NCBI RefSeq assembly: GCF_009914755.1
Contig: NC_060937.1
DNA from: the human T2T-CHM13v2.0 reference genome, Homo sapiens
Length of the DNA stretch: 64,000 bases
Reading direction: 5' to 3' (one strand)
Below, piece after piece: positions 26,791 to 41,620 of this stretch. Both the position numbers and the translations under genes were made by a program. Below the pieces are notes generated by a model, which worked only from the letters and a program-made list of their open reading frames with translations, made no database searches and had not been told where the DNA came from. Positions within the stretch are counted from its first letter, which is position 1, and the number at the start of each line of letters is the position of its first letter.

Positions 26791-27274
26791 CAGGTGCTTC
26801 TTGAGGGCAAAGGACATATGGAATTTGTAAGAAAGTAGCTAACTATAAATACCAATTATGATCATGTGACCACTTCCAGAACTAGGAATGTAATAATTAT
26901 TGACATTATTATGCGTATTTGTTTCTTATTTTGCTATGAATATGTTTATATATATATGGATATGGAATATATATACACAACCACACACATATCAGATTTT
27001 GTGTTCTTTGATCCCTTTAACCCTTACCTAAAGTAAGATGTATTATTAATACTTAACCTTTTATCAAAATATTAATCTAAAGGATATTAAAGGAGAAGTG
27101 TCAACCTCACCTCAAGGCTTTGCATCCTCTCCTGCTGAAAGGGTAAGCCTGTTTTCAAATTTGTGCAAGATAGTTGTATCATGTTTTGTTAAGGTATGAC
27201 TTTGTTATGCTAAGTTAGAAACAGAGTTTGGTTTAAGAAGATGTGTATGGGTGCCAAGTTGACAAGGTGGGGAC

Positions 27275-27684
27275 TCTAATGGTCAGTTTTACATTTCAAC
27301 TCACTAAGCTATTGACCTAAGTATTCGAACAGACATTAATCTAGGTGTTGTAGTAAAGGCATTTTGTAGATGTGGTTAAACCCCACAGTCAGTTGAATTT
27401 AAGTAAGTGAGATTATCCGAATGAATCTGCATGAGTCTCTTCCCATCAGTTGAAAGGACTTAAAAGCAAAAGTGAAGTTTTCCTGGAGAAAAAATTCCAA
27501 CTGTGGACATCAGCTTCAGCTCCTGACCAAGAGTTCCAAACTGCCCTTTCTATGGCAAGTTCTATGAATTTCGGACTTGCTTTACCATCCCCCAGAAGCA
27601 AGTAAGAGATTTCCTTGAAACAACTGTCTTCATGTACATCTCCTACTGCCCTGCTTCTCTGGTTGTACTTGACAATCTGTTACA
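27275..27684 (+). mobile_element. MLT2 (E/F-like) 3' LTR of the ERV-L
   Basis: tgtggacatcagcttcagc...gagttcca...atctcctactg...cttctctggttg...taca. Confidence 0.8.
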
Positions 27685-27858
27685 TACATTTTACATAATA
27701 AATGCTGCAGTGGGAACCAAGGCATAGAAAGGAACAGGGATCAAATTGAGAATTGAGTGAGTGGGGGTGTGGTTTAGGGTTAGAGTGGAGGGATCATGAA
27801 AAGATGTATCTAGGTCTATGGTTTATAGATTTCTTTTCTGACATATATACTGAGCCTG

Positions 27859-28547
<689 letters not shown>

Positions 28548-29639
28548 GCCTGCAATCAATATTCATGATGCTTTGTATTATGTAGAAAATTCCACATAAG
28601 CAGCATGATCTTTTTCACTATCTCTACATGTATTTATTTATTTATCTACAATATTCTCAAATTATCCACATTGTTTAATTTAGCAGAGTAAGAATAATGC
28701 TGAAAGGTTAAAAAAATTTTTTTCTGATTCTCATAATCTCAGAATTTTTAGTTTTTCAGCTGATCAGTTAAAATGCAACTGCAGTCTCTGTAAGTACCTA
28801 GGAAATACTCTAGAAATTTTTTTTAAAATACATACTTAAGTTGGGACTGCGTGTCTCTCTAAGTCTACATTGTCTCTGTTTTAGATTCTGAGCATTTCAA
28901 TATATATTGTAACCACTTCCCTGTTATTTTCTACGGTTTGTATTCTTCATGTATTCCTTTTATCTTTACTTTTGCTGAAACAAAATTGCTGCTGAATTGT
29001 CCATTAACTCTTCTTAGCAACTGCACTTTCTTAAGAAAAAAAAAACTCATGCTAGCTGAAGGCAAAATGAGCAGATATTGCCAGTATTTTAGAAGCTCCA
29101 TTACATAACAAATAAGGGAAGAATATTAGGTTGAAAGAAAATTAAAGCACTAACAATACAAGGTCTTTCTTAAGAATATTTCTGCTAAAAATTAATCTAT
29201 TCTAAAATACAGAATGAGTTTGCTATACTGATGAAGCTCTTCCTTATAATTAAACATCAACAAGACAATTAAAATATATTATCTGTGTTTTAGGTCTCTC
29301 TTTAGGAGGATAATCGGGGGAAAAACACACACACACATACAATGAGGTAAGAAAAAGAAATGAGACTAGGAGTAAAGATGGGGTAAAATAAGCAAGAAAG
29401 AGGAGAAAGTTCTGGACAAAAAATATTGTCGAAATGATAATATTCAATGTGTGTTAACTCAATGCATAATTCAGCCTGCCTCACAATAGACTATCTGATT
29501 CATGGGAGTCATTTTGAATGTTATCTTCTCAAACAGCAATTTTGCCTTTTGGACAACTAATTTCAAATAGGCTAGGATTCCTCTGCAGACTGTCAACAAT
29601 GATAGCAGGTAACAAAAGAAAAAAAAAGAAATAGTTGTG

Positions 29640-29693
29640 AGGAGGGAGGGAAAATGAATGGAAGGAAAGAAGGAAGGAAGGAAGAAAGGAAAG
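29640..29693. repeat. (GGAA)n-rich purine tract
   Basis: Direct reading. Confidence 0.7.
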
Positions 29694-30879
29694 ATGTACT
29701 TTATGAAGTTTGATATACTCTTGTGCCACATATCTTGCATGTGTATTACTAATTTTTAAAATGGTTTTTAAAAGGTTAACATTTTAGAGGTGTATATTTA
29801 GATCCATGATAATGTTTATACCTTTAAATTCAATCATATATTTATTTGAATATTAAGCTAAAAACTATTAAACACTTAAAAAATATATGTTCATTAAGCT
29901 ATACATTACTGCAATCTTATTTTGAAGAGGGGAAATTAAAAGAAATGTAGTTAGAACAGTTAGTAAATTGTAGCCCATTAATTAATGAGTAGTAGTATTC
30001 CCCTACTAAAATGATTATTAGATGCTCTATGCCTGTGGGAATGAATATAATGAAGATCTGAAAGCAACTGTTGTGTTTGAGTAGTGGAATTGTAAGTAAT
30101 ATTTCAATAATTATCTTTTTTGTATAATGTATGGAAATGAAGAGGAAGATTTGGCCTATGACTTTTTTTTTCAAAATTTTAATTTCCCTAAAATAATTGG
30201 TGGTTTTTAAATGACATTTTTCTCTAACCTCTCTCTTCTACACCTGTATTTCTCTTTTACTTTAATCACACCCTTTCTTCTCATGGCTCATTTGTACATT
30301 CCCACTGTTTTTATATTGATTGTATTTATTCTCAGACTCTAATTCATTACCTACCTCAACTCTCATTTTGTAACATGTATTTATTTATATCTAAAGGATA
30401 TTGTTGGGGAGGAAAGAAAAACATCTTGGGAGGAGGGAAAAAAGGGTAGTAAAGAGAGAAAAAGAGAGAATAGAATGCTGTAATGTAGGTGCTTGAAGAC
30501 ACAAAATTGAATTCAGATGGACATAGTCCTTTTCCAAAATGATGTTTTAGTCCCATAAGGGAAGATAGACATTAAAAATAATAATAAAATAATTGTACAC
30601 ATACTTATATGGAAAAATCCATGAAAATGAGTATACTTTAATACACACACACACACACCAAAAAGATATAATTTAGGTTTGGAGTTCAAAGAAGGTGGTA
30701 TCCACAAACATCTGACATTAGGATCAATTACAAAGAATATAGTAATTATCCAAGGTGAAAGAAAGTGATTGTTAAGGGCTAAGGCTTCTTGTGTGGCAAA
30801 GATATAAAAAGAAAAAAAGGAAATAAGTGAGATCTATGGGAGCTTAGCACATATGAGAAAATTCGAAGATTGTGGTTGT

Positions 30880-31240
30880 GTTCAGAGCATATGAGAAAGG
30901 AGGAGTGTAGAGTTGATGTATGATGGGGTCAGAAATTTAGACATGACTTTTTTTGTCATCATAAGAACTTAGGATATTTAATCTAAAAGCAAAGAAACCA
31001 CAGAAGTATTTAATGCTAGGCAACAACAACAGACCAAACTCATGTAGTAAAAGGAATGTCTGGATGCTTTGTAGAGAATCATCTGGAAGTAGCCAAGGGT
31101 GAATATGAAAGCTATTGCAAAAGACAAAACAAAAAATCAGAGTGGCTTAGACTAGGGTGCAGACATGAAGACAGAGAGATTTTGTATTAAGAATATATTT
31201 CTAATATAATTCATAGGACTTGGTGATTAACTAATGTGAA
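30880..31240 (-). mobile_element. L2 fragment
   Basis: taagaacttaggatattta...gctattgca...gtggcttagactagggtg...caggacttggtgatt-like segments. Confidence 0.6.
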
Positions 31241-32230
31241 AGCAAAAAATGTCAGATAAAGACTGAAAAACTCATAACATTTGAAGTTTTGGTTAATGAA
31301 CGCAAATAAAAAGGAGGCGTCTGGGAAGAAGTGCCAGAGATACAGAAATAAATTTTTAATGGGTAATCACGAAGAAGACAGGTATAAATTATGTGTAACT
31401 CAAATCTTTCTGTTTACTTTTTCCTTCTGATAGGATGACCCCAGCTAACTTACAGAATTTGGTTTTATTTTCTGTCCTGTGTTTATAGAGATCGGACTTT
31501 CTTCACCGCTTCTTCCTCCCACCAGGGACTCCTCACAAAACTCCTTGTAGGGAACTATTGTCCTGACTTATGTGAAAGCAGAAAGAGATTAGAATACATC
31601 AGGCTTCCATTCTTCTTGTCACACTCTATCTCAGATAGCCTTCATGAAAAAGGTATTCCAGAATGCAAAGTTTTGCTTTGAAAGGCCAGGGAAATCTCAA
31701 AATGAAGCTAAAACACAGGAAGTACTAGCGATTAGTTTACTTTGACTTTGACATTGCAAAGCACTGAAGAAAATTTTCTAGGCTTAAGCTATAGGATCCT
31801 GTGTGATGCCTGGGAACTTTTCTCCACAGGAGAACTGACTCTCCTGGCTGGTACCCCCATTCACATGTAGACTTCCTTCTTCCTGGCTCTCAGTTCTAAA
31901 GCCTCACTCCATTCCCACCCTCAAAACTAATACCTCCTTTATATTTTCCCTATCCTTTCCTGCAGCCTTCAAACAGGGGATGGCTTCAGTCCATGAGTTA
32001 GCAAGCAAAACTCCATTTCTAGGTAATTCTCTTTACATTTAAGAGATCGTGGCTTCTTATTTCTCTTACTACAAATCCTAATCAGAAACATAAGTCTAAA
32101 AATTAGCATTTCCTTTAGAAAAAAAATGCATGCTATACTTTTAAATTCATTTGCAGCCATTTAGAGCCAAGGGAAATTAGGTTATATTCTGCTACTTTGG
32201 GGGGACTAAAGACATCAAGCAATTAACTGA

Positions 32231-32581
<351 letters not shown>

Positions 32582-32749
32582 TGTTTTGTATTCTGGATGT
32601 TCATCATATTATATAGTTTTTATTTAAAGCGTTTCTCGATTAGAAATAAGGAAGACTAACAAAGATCTATTCTAATGAGTTATTGCTAATCTTGGATACT
32701 AAATTTAATACCGTGAACACTAAATCTTTTTCACTGGGTGGAACGTCTT

Positions 32750-33450
32750 GTTAAACTGACCTGAAGATATTTCAGCAGTGGGGAGCTGTACATTCCAGAC
32801 TAGAGTGGATTGAGAGTGTTGATGAGAGATGGGGAAGTGGAAACAGGCAAAAGAGTCTGCATATATCACACGTAGAAATGAGGTGAATTAAAGAGTTAAA
32901 ATGGCTGTTGGATGGTGAAATCTCAATTTTAGGTGGGAGTATTAATTTTTAGAAGTCACTTTATCATATATGAATGAAGATGAAAAGAATAAAATTTAAA
33001 GGCAGAGATAATGTCATAGAAATATGGGCTAATCAAGGCTAGAGAAACTGGGGGAAGTGAAAGGGGAAAAGATGGGATTCAGCTCACAAAGGAAAAGATT
33101 GCCTTGATAAGAGGAGGAACACAATCTTGACTAAAATGTATACGAAATTAAAGATGATGGGTACTGCAGAGATAGATTTGGATAATGTGTGCCAGAAATT
33201 GGAAATAATTTTTGCTTTATGTCTTTTACCTTCTCAGTGAAATATGAAATGCCAAGTGTTCAAAATGGATAAAATTTGAAAAAGTCATTGCAGATATTAC
33301 TCAAGAAAGCTGATTAGATTAATGCAACAGGATACTAAGGGATGATTACTGAGGACCAAGTGGAGGTTAGTGAAAATGAATTATCATCTTTAACAGTCTG
33401 CAGGCTATTTGTGTGAGATTCTCCCGCAGTCTGCATCTACCCTAGGCAAT
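32750..33450 (-). mobile_element. L2 fragment
   Basis: ccagactagagtggattgagagtg...ggaagtggaaacag; purine-rich L2 ORF2 antisense pattern. Confidence 0.6.
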
Positions 33451-33593
33451 ATAGAGAGGAGGAGAATGTATTAATGATTAATGCTAGTGTAGGAGTGAGT
33501 TTCAGTCGTGCCAACAAATAATTATACATACTGCTCTAACACATTTTAATCTACTCTAACACATTTATATAACAATGTCATGTATGAAGTTTT

Positions 33594-33904
<311 letters not shown>

Positions 33905-34489
33905 TAAGATAAAATATGTGTTTGCTTCATCAAACAGCTCTGAGGCTTAACACTGATAGCATCTCTTTGGAACCTCTTCATGAGTTTGGAAAGTGTCCAT
34001 CTTGTGATTTCTCAGCATACACTTAGTATCATTGCTTCTATATTTTAAAATCTAGTTATTGGCAACTATTTCACTATAAACAATTGTATGTAGTGGTTTA
34101 ATATAAACTTGCAATGCCCAAGGACATATATGCTGTAAATAAAATTGCATTCTCTTGTTACAATTTTTATTCTTGAACATAGGTATAAACTAGTATGAAC
34201 AATATAACAAATCCTACCATATTATAATCCTCACCCACAATGCAAAACTATTTGTAAAAACCTAAAGTAGTGTCATTATATGTATGATTCGATACAAATC
34301 AATTATTTTAACATGGCTGTAAAGTGCAAAATAATTTTCCTAATTCTGACAAATATATATTTCTCTTTAGATGATATCTATATGTATTTCCAGCAAGACA
34401 AGTAAGATACTGGCTCTATCTCCTGAATATAACTACATTCCCTAAAATTAGGATGGACACTCTCATATGTTTTCATATTATTTTAGTGT

Positions 34490-34491
<2 letters not shown>

Positions 34492-34525
<34 letters not shown>
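34492..34525. repeat. (GT)17 microsatellite
   Basis: Direct reading. Confidence 0.95.
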
Positions 34526-34528
<3 letters not shown>

Positions 34529-36199
34529 GCTTGTTTTGTTTGCTTTATTTTGTATACGCAAAATAATGACTGGGGGACATTGATAAAAAGTGATTCTTTT
34601 GTTGGAAGCAGAAGGCAGTTAGGATAGAAACGATCTTTATACACAGGTGATTTTAATAAAATATATATCTCCCTCTGCTACTGAGCCTTAATATGTTTAT
34701 TCTCTTCCTACTTCTGTTTGTCATCTCCTAACTAAAAATGTTGTTTTAAAGGCAGCACATTTTTTCTATATTTTGAGGCAAATAACCCTTATTACATATT
34801 CCACCTGCTTTGGAGAGTCTTCCTAAATAGGAAAAAATTGACTGTTGATCTAGAAGGATCATTTCTTACCAGAAATAATTTTAGACAGCAGAAATATGGC
34901 AGTTATGTGTAAGTTATGTGTCCCTTCCCTGGAGCTGACTTCACAGCTTTAACATTCAGAGAAGGAAGGAAACTGTAGCTACAACCCTCGGGCTAACTGT
35001 CACTGTTTTTTAATGTCATGATCTGGAAGTTCAGGAGGGTCATCTGAAAATGGTTCTTGGGCTAATCCTAAGAAATGGCTAGAGGATGTATAAAAATTGA
35101 TGCTGTGGCTGATAATAGATCCTCATTGCCAGAGGATTTAAAGGCTGCTTGGAGAAGTTAGATGAGAATATTTTTTCAGAATGTTCATTGCTAGTAATTT
35201 TAGTAACTGGAAAATGCCTGGGTATTTGTGGTAAACATGGACTCTTTAATCATGCTCTGAGCATAAACAAATATAACTATCCAAATAATAGTAGGATTAT
35301 ATAGTTCAGTGCTTTTAAAAAGTATATTATGACCTATGATGTTTTCACTTATTGCACATTTTTCTATGAATTGGCACTATTACATCTTTTGAATTCTTGT
35401 CTTGTTTTGGTTCTCAGTCCACGTAACCTTACTATTACCTATATTATTATAAGGTAAATTATTTTCAGAAGAAAATATATTTCAACTTACTTTATAGCTA
35501 AGGTATTTTTTAAAATAAAAATTCAGAATATTTGATACTATGTAAGATGCTTGAATGTATTAAAAACTGAATTGTGAGAGCTTTATAAACTCTATTCACT
35601 TGAAAACTTCAAAAGATGTTGCTGTTAATTGTAATTTAAAAATGGCAGAGTAAGGAATATGATTCAACAAAATTTTAAAGATCTGATGGTTTACATAGGC
35701 TTTTGTCAAAATGCTTATTACCTAATTGGTATTACAAAAGAATAGGGGGATAAAAATGTATGATTTGGATTTCTTTTTTTTTTGGATTTTGATCTGAGAT
35801 TTTAACCCAGTTTGGGCAGAAAATTTCTCCCTTAAAAAATTTTATAAACGTTTTCTAAAATATTTCTTCCCAAAGAGTCACATCCTAAAATACTCATTGT
35901 GAGCCATGATTTAATAAACCGAAAGAATAATTTATGAAAGTATAGAAGAATGATTTTTCCAAAACATTTAGTAAAGGTCAGTATTTGTGAAATAATAGCT
36001 CTTCATATTGAAAACAGTTGATTAAAGAGAAAAGCAGAATGTAAGTAATTATCAAATGTAACTCAAAATAATAAGATAAAATTAAAAAATCACTTGAAGT
36101 ACTTACCATATATTAGAATTTATGTTGTGAAGTTTACATGTTATTTTTAATATTTGAATATTTCAAATATTATTCATAGTTTTCTCAAGAACGAGCAGA

Positions 36200-36295
36200 G
36201 GATATATTGTTGTTAAATTTGTTCATTGTCACATAGCTAAGAATGTGAAGAAATTGAGATTTCAACCCCCACATGTTGAACTTGCAAGTTAATTC
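36200..36295 (-). mobile_element. MIR fragment
   Basis: gtcacatagctaag...gagatttcaacccc. Confidence 0.5.
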
Positions 36296-38129
36296 CAACA
36301 CAAACATATTTTTTCTTGGCTCTAAATGGAAGCTTTTCTGATTGAGTAACTTATGAATAGTATTTTCCAAATAATAAGTTATTATATTAGTTTTATAGAA
36401 AACATACAAATATAGTAACATAATTTCACCTGTAATCTGAAAATTCTCTGTTATAGTGTATATTTATAACCTGTGTGCTCTGTGGTGTGGTGTATATATA
36501 GGTATGCATGAACGAGTGTGTCTCTGTGCATGTGTAAGTGTATAACATAAACATTATTCACACATTGAAAATATATGTCATCTCTTCTTTCCTTTATTGT
36601 GATGTCATTGAATATGTTCAAAGAAAAACAGAAGAATTCATTTACAGATAATATTTTTAATAAATAGAGCAATTCTTAAATTTGAACTGTATCAGTTGAG
36701 TTTTGTGAAAATGAATGATAATAGTGTGTCTATTATCAACATTAGAAAATGAATTCTCCACTTTGAAATTTTTTATCTCCCTGTTCTTCAATACACTTGT
36801 TACTTTAAATGATCTTATCCATTTTACTTACTATATAATAAACCATCTATCAATTCTTATAAACAGAGCATTTCTCAAATGATAAAAACTAATTATTTTT
36901 TTATAACAACATGGGTTCTCCTTTTGGTCACTGGCAGTCACTGGCTTTATCAGAATTAATACTTTATATAATAGCTGCTCAATTTGTCAAAAAAAAAAAC
37001 AAATTAATGTTGATCTCATTTTCCTTAACATGTTAAACCCAAGTACATATATATTGCAAGAAAAATTATCTCTGTTTAGAAGGAACATTAATCTGAAGGA
37101 AAATAATTCTTTATTAAGTATTTATGCTTTATAGCAAGCATTGAAAATTGCCTGGAAACCTTTTCTGTGTGCATTAGTGCCTGTAAAAATTATCTTGCAT
37201 GTACCATTTAAGTATAAATAGACAAGACCATGTAAATTACACCTTACAACTACACCCTCTGTAATCTCCATACAGTAAAACTGGAAAGGTCAGAATATTA
37301 TTTAACGTTTTAAAATTTATATGAAAATAAACTGAATCTTAGCTTCCCATTTGGCCTTGACAGGTAATATGGTAATATTAAAAGCTTCTAGATTCTTTCT
37401 TTTTAATTCATATGGTAATCTGACATCACCTTCAGTTTCTAATTTGCCTTTTAGTTTGCTAACACTTTCAGAACTACTGGTACATAAAGGTCTTATTAAT
37501 ACCTTGCCTCTATTATTTCCCAAACTGATCTGCATCTCTATTCACTCACCTAAGAAAATCTGTCCTACATATAATAGCAATGCAGTTAATGAAATAATTG
37601 GTTTAAAATGTTGTACTCGGATGCTGTACACTGTAAAGACTTTTGCAGCCATTATAGTTTTTAGGACATCACTTAGAATGTCGTTTGTGAAGTGTACTGT
37701 TATTTAGAAGAAATTGCATGACAAATTTAATGCAATTGGTATTTCCCCTTGACATGAGTGCTATTCATACCTTTTCCCTCTTATTTTTTGGTTTTGCTGC
37801 GAAAGAGCTCAAGTGTTACAAGAGAGAGCTGACTGATCATACGAAGCCCATGTCTTACAGCCTCAGTTCCCTCACCTCCAAGCAAAGTTTCTAACTAAAA
37901 GTGATCACTGGAAACTAAATGTGTTCATGTAAACTCATTCCATGCAGCATGATTTGTTTAATTTAATCTTACTATATTTGTGATATTCTATTTCTCTTCA
38001 TATTTGTTCCATAAGGGAAAAAAAAGTAATTTACATTATCCCCATGTGTTAAATTGGCAGCTTGAAAATTTTTGCAATTAGGAAAACTTGGGCATAAAAT
38101 TTTAAGAACTTGCTACAGGAGAAAGGAAA

Positions 38130-38265
38130 CAAATTTTGGAGTCAAGTATTAACTTTGCCAGTTAGTGGTTGTATATCTTCTGGCAGGTCACTCAGTTTTC
38201 TCAATTTTGATATACTGAGTGTCTAAAATAGGCATCGTTAGAATAAAGATATGTAAAGTTTCGGG
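38130..38265 (+). mobile_element. MIR fragment
   Basis: ttttggagtca...ctttgcca...ggcaggtcactca. Confidence 0.45.
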
Positions 38266-38720
38266 TATTTTAACCAAGTATACATGCAAGAATTATCCAC
38301 TACCCTTTTCCTTAATTTCAGGAAACCTGAAATGGGCCAATGATGTACTATAATTACATTCTTTTTAGTATATATGGACACATGTAATCTTTCAGACACA
38401 AATACAGCCAGGGAGAGGGCAGAAACCTAGTGGGTGCTTTAAAACACTTTGCATTTATCAGTTAACAGGGATGATTACTCAAAACATGCCTGTACAGTGG
38501 CTAAATGGTGGATTTGAAGCAGTCCAGCCAGAAAGAAAAGGAGTATTTTATCACAGACATTGTTTAGAATTGTTGGCACATGGTGTTAATAAAACATATA
38601 CTCACTTTTATTCCACTTTAATATGTTTTTAAATTATCTAAAACAAATGTTCCCCTCCCTCCTTATAGCAGTCCCCTTTTGAGACATTATGGACTGAGCT
38701 GGTTGTTTTTGTCTGTTGTC

Positions 38721-38853
38721 CAGTCAGAATTGGTCACTTCCCATGTATCATTTCCATGTGCCCTTTCCATGTGCCCATGGGTTAGTGCCTGTTTCTGACA
38801 GTCAATACCAATGCTGACTTGGGGTCAAATATTGTCAATATCAATTCTGACTG
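38721..38853. mobile_element. Putative ancient MITE (Tigger-like CAG...CTG ends)
   Basis: Perfect 12-bp terminal inverted repeat cagtcagaattg/caattctgactg plus an internal degenerate copy of the terminus. Confidence 0.45.
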
Positions 38854-39239
38854 AAAGAAACTTTATGTAAAATCAGATATTAAAGGAATGATTCAGATAT
38901 TGAGAAATCCATTTGCTGCCCATACATCCTCCAAAACCCTTTAAGTTGCTATGTTTCTGATGCAATTGAATATATGTAACATAAGAAATACGTATATTTT
39001 AACCATAAGTAAGAATCACAGGATTAAAAGAATCCTATCAAACACTGATTTTTAAACACAAAGTGTAATTCTAGCCATGTTTCAACTTTTACCAACATCC
39101 AGACTATTAAATATACTTTAAAGGAGAATCTTTAGGCAGAAGATAAAAATGACTTTGATATGCTAGCACAGACCTTTTTTTCTTTTAGCTACTTTAAAGT
39201 TACTTTTTTCCATTTCTTCTCCAAAATTCTCAAAGACTA

Positions 39240-40390
39240 GCTTTGTCTCTCTTTGTCCACTTTCAAACCTCACATTCACCATTCAACCCACTGCAACCTG
39301 GCTTCTGCTCCCTGGCTCACTCAGCTAAAAGCACTATCGTTATGAAGGTTATTAGGCAGTTCCTAATTCCCAAACCTAATGGACATCACTTCATTTGATG
39401 TTATTGAAACACTATTCCATTTATTTCTGAGTTTCATAATTCTTACTTTTACTTTTTTTTATGAGCACATTTATCTCGTTTTCCACATTCTGCATTTTAC
39501 AATATTCCTCAGACCCAACACTCTTGACACTTCACAAATTCATTTACTCTCCTGGTAGCTATGACTTTGTATACATGAAATCCCAAAACTGTTAGTTCAA
39601 GAGCAGAACTTACAAACATAACTTGAGGTTGAGATTTTCTTAATCAAGATCAGAACTTTAGGACAAAACGTGAAGCTGAGATAATCATGAATTTACTTTC
39701 TTTGACATCTCCACCCACATGCCCTACAGGTACATCACATTGAATATACCAAAAACAGAGTCAATTGTGTCTATGCTTAAACAATACTGTATTTTCTGAG
39801 TTTGTGCTATTATCATCTATTTTTCAAACCTAGAAAGCTGAGTTATATGTTTAATTATCTTTATTTATTTATTTTTATGTAATTTTTGGTTTTTTTTGAG
39901 ATGAAGTCTCGCTCTTGTCCCCCAGGCTGGAGCGCAGTGGCTGGCTAACTGCAACCTCTGCCTCCTGGTTTCAAGCGATTCTCCTGCCTCAGCCTCCTGA
40001 GTAGCTGGGATTACAGGCACCTGCCACCAAGCCCAGCTAATTTTTGTATTTTTAGTAGAGACAGAGTTTCACCATGTTGGCCAGGCTGGTCTCAAACTCC
40101 TGACCTCAGGTGATCCGCCCACCTCGGCCTCCCAAAGTGCTGGGATTACAGATGTGAGTTACCGTGCCCGGCCCATCTTTAATCTATATGTAATGAATAA
40201 TCTATTCCTAAAGTACCCTAATTTTGATCTCTATTTTATCTTCTCAAGGTCAGGTCTTTGCTCTCTACTACTAGATATAACTACTGTGGAAGCCTCCTAA
40301 GCCAGTCTCCTGTGTTTGGTCTTATCTCACAACAGTCATTCTCCAGAGAGTCAATACGAAGTTCTGTAATGCAAATATGCCGTTGTCTGT
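39240..40390 (+). mobile_element. L2 fragments interrupted by an Alu
   Basis: caacccactgcaacctggcttctg; gacatctccac...aggtacatcaca; agcctcctaa...gtctcc. Confidence 0.7.
39864..40173 (-). mobile_element. AluS (Sq/Sx-like)
   Basis: Dimer with ctcgctcttgt and a small deletion after gcagtggc; TSD atcttta. Confidence 0.93.
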
Positions 40391-40856
40391 CTGTGTAAGT
40401 GTTGAGGCACATATAACGCATGTTTAAAAATATAGTCACATCTTTGTTTAATACCATATCTCTATTCTCCTGTTTTACCTATTGTGAAGAATCTGTCTTG
40501 TAAGATGTCTCCTCCATTGACAAGTTAAAATGCAAACAAACAAAACATGAATCCGAAGAGTTAGTGGCTTTATTAGGTCCAGCTGATAAATCTTGAAAAT
40601 ATGATCAGAGAACAATCAGGCTTCATTCTCTGCTTCCATTACTGCTTTTTCTAGTTCAAAGTGTTATTATTGCAAAAAGATTATTGTTATAAGATTTTCC
40701 CTTTCACCTGTTGGTATGATCAACGGGCTTTGCTGCTAGAGTATCAGCATTAGTTTCTTAGACCAAAACAGTTCATTTCTCCCCAGTGTTATCTTAAACC
40801 AGGATATCTGATCCCACCAAATTTTTTGCAAAGTAATAGGATTTGAATGTACCTTA

Positions 40857-40858
<2 letters not shown>

Positions 40859-40891
<33 letters not shown>
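40859..40891. repeat. (AC)16 microsatellite
   Basis: Direct reading. Confidence 0.95.
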
Positions 40892-40892
<1 letters not shown>

Positions 40893-41329
40893 TTTTCAAA
40901 CATGCCTTTGTAGTCTTGGAGTGTTGTTTTTAGAAATATTCTAGGCTAGGACTTGCTTTTTCAAGAACAAGCCATCTTCTGTGACAATGAAGACCGGAGG
41001 AATCAATTCACAGTGCATTCCATTCTAATAATTTCCTTCTCAAGAGAGCCTTGATATCCTAGCCAGCCAAATGTCTTCCCTTGGGATTCTATAATGAATG
41101 TCAAATATTCAACAACACCAACATTCACAAGGTAAGGAGTAAGAACCTTGATTCATTTTCTTCCCAAAAGGGATCATTATCATTGCTCCATATCCAAGAA
41201 ATTTGCTTTTCCTATTTAATATTGTATACTTTCCACATCAATAACTACTACTGAAAATAAACCTAATTCATAATGGCTGTGTATATTATAAAAATACACC
41301 AACCAAAATTAACCAATATCCTTATATAG

Positions 41330-41620
41330 AGTAATTTTTAAAAAGTGTTTTCTCTATTAATGCTTTTGTAAATGTCTTTGTACAGAGATCTTTGTTGTTG
41401 TGTGACTGTTCCCTTAGAATATACTTCCTTCAGTGGAATTACTACAAGAATATTTCCAACATTTTTATACAAACAGGGTAATAACTTTCTACAAAGTTAT
41501 AAAATTTATATTCCTGTCAACACTATGTAGGAATACCCATTTCTTATATGTTTAAGACTGTATTTTAGCATTTTAATGGCAAAATAGCATTTTCATTTTA
41601 ATTTCATATAATGGATTTGT
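41330..41620 (-). mobile_element. Old L1 (L1ME-like) fragment
   Basis: agtggaattact...aatttatattcctgtcaacactatgtaggaatacccatttc. Confidence 0.6.

Larger units (their letters stand above)
22671..27274 (+). mobile_element. ERV-L internal region: gag scraps, protease, RT, RNase H, integrase, dUTPase, all disabled
   Basis: Protease-like ORF 22959-23204 (CGLPVREG...VLAQIHLIVGPVG; the DTG site reads GTV); RT motif reads NYIDIMLIG near 23730; dUTPase motif GATDLDYQG in ORF 26175-26384; purine tract gacaaggtggggac before the 3' LTR. Confidence 0.9.

Noticed and set aside
36148-36172. 11-bp-arm AT-rich inverted repeat
   Set aside because: Expected at this base composition.
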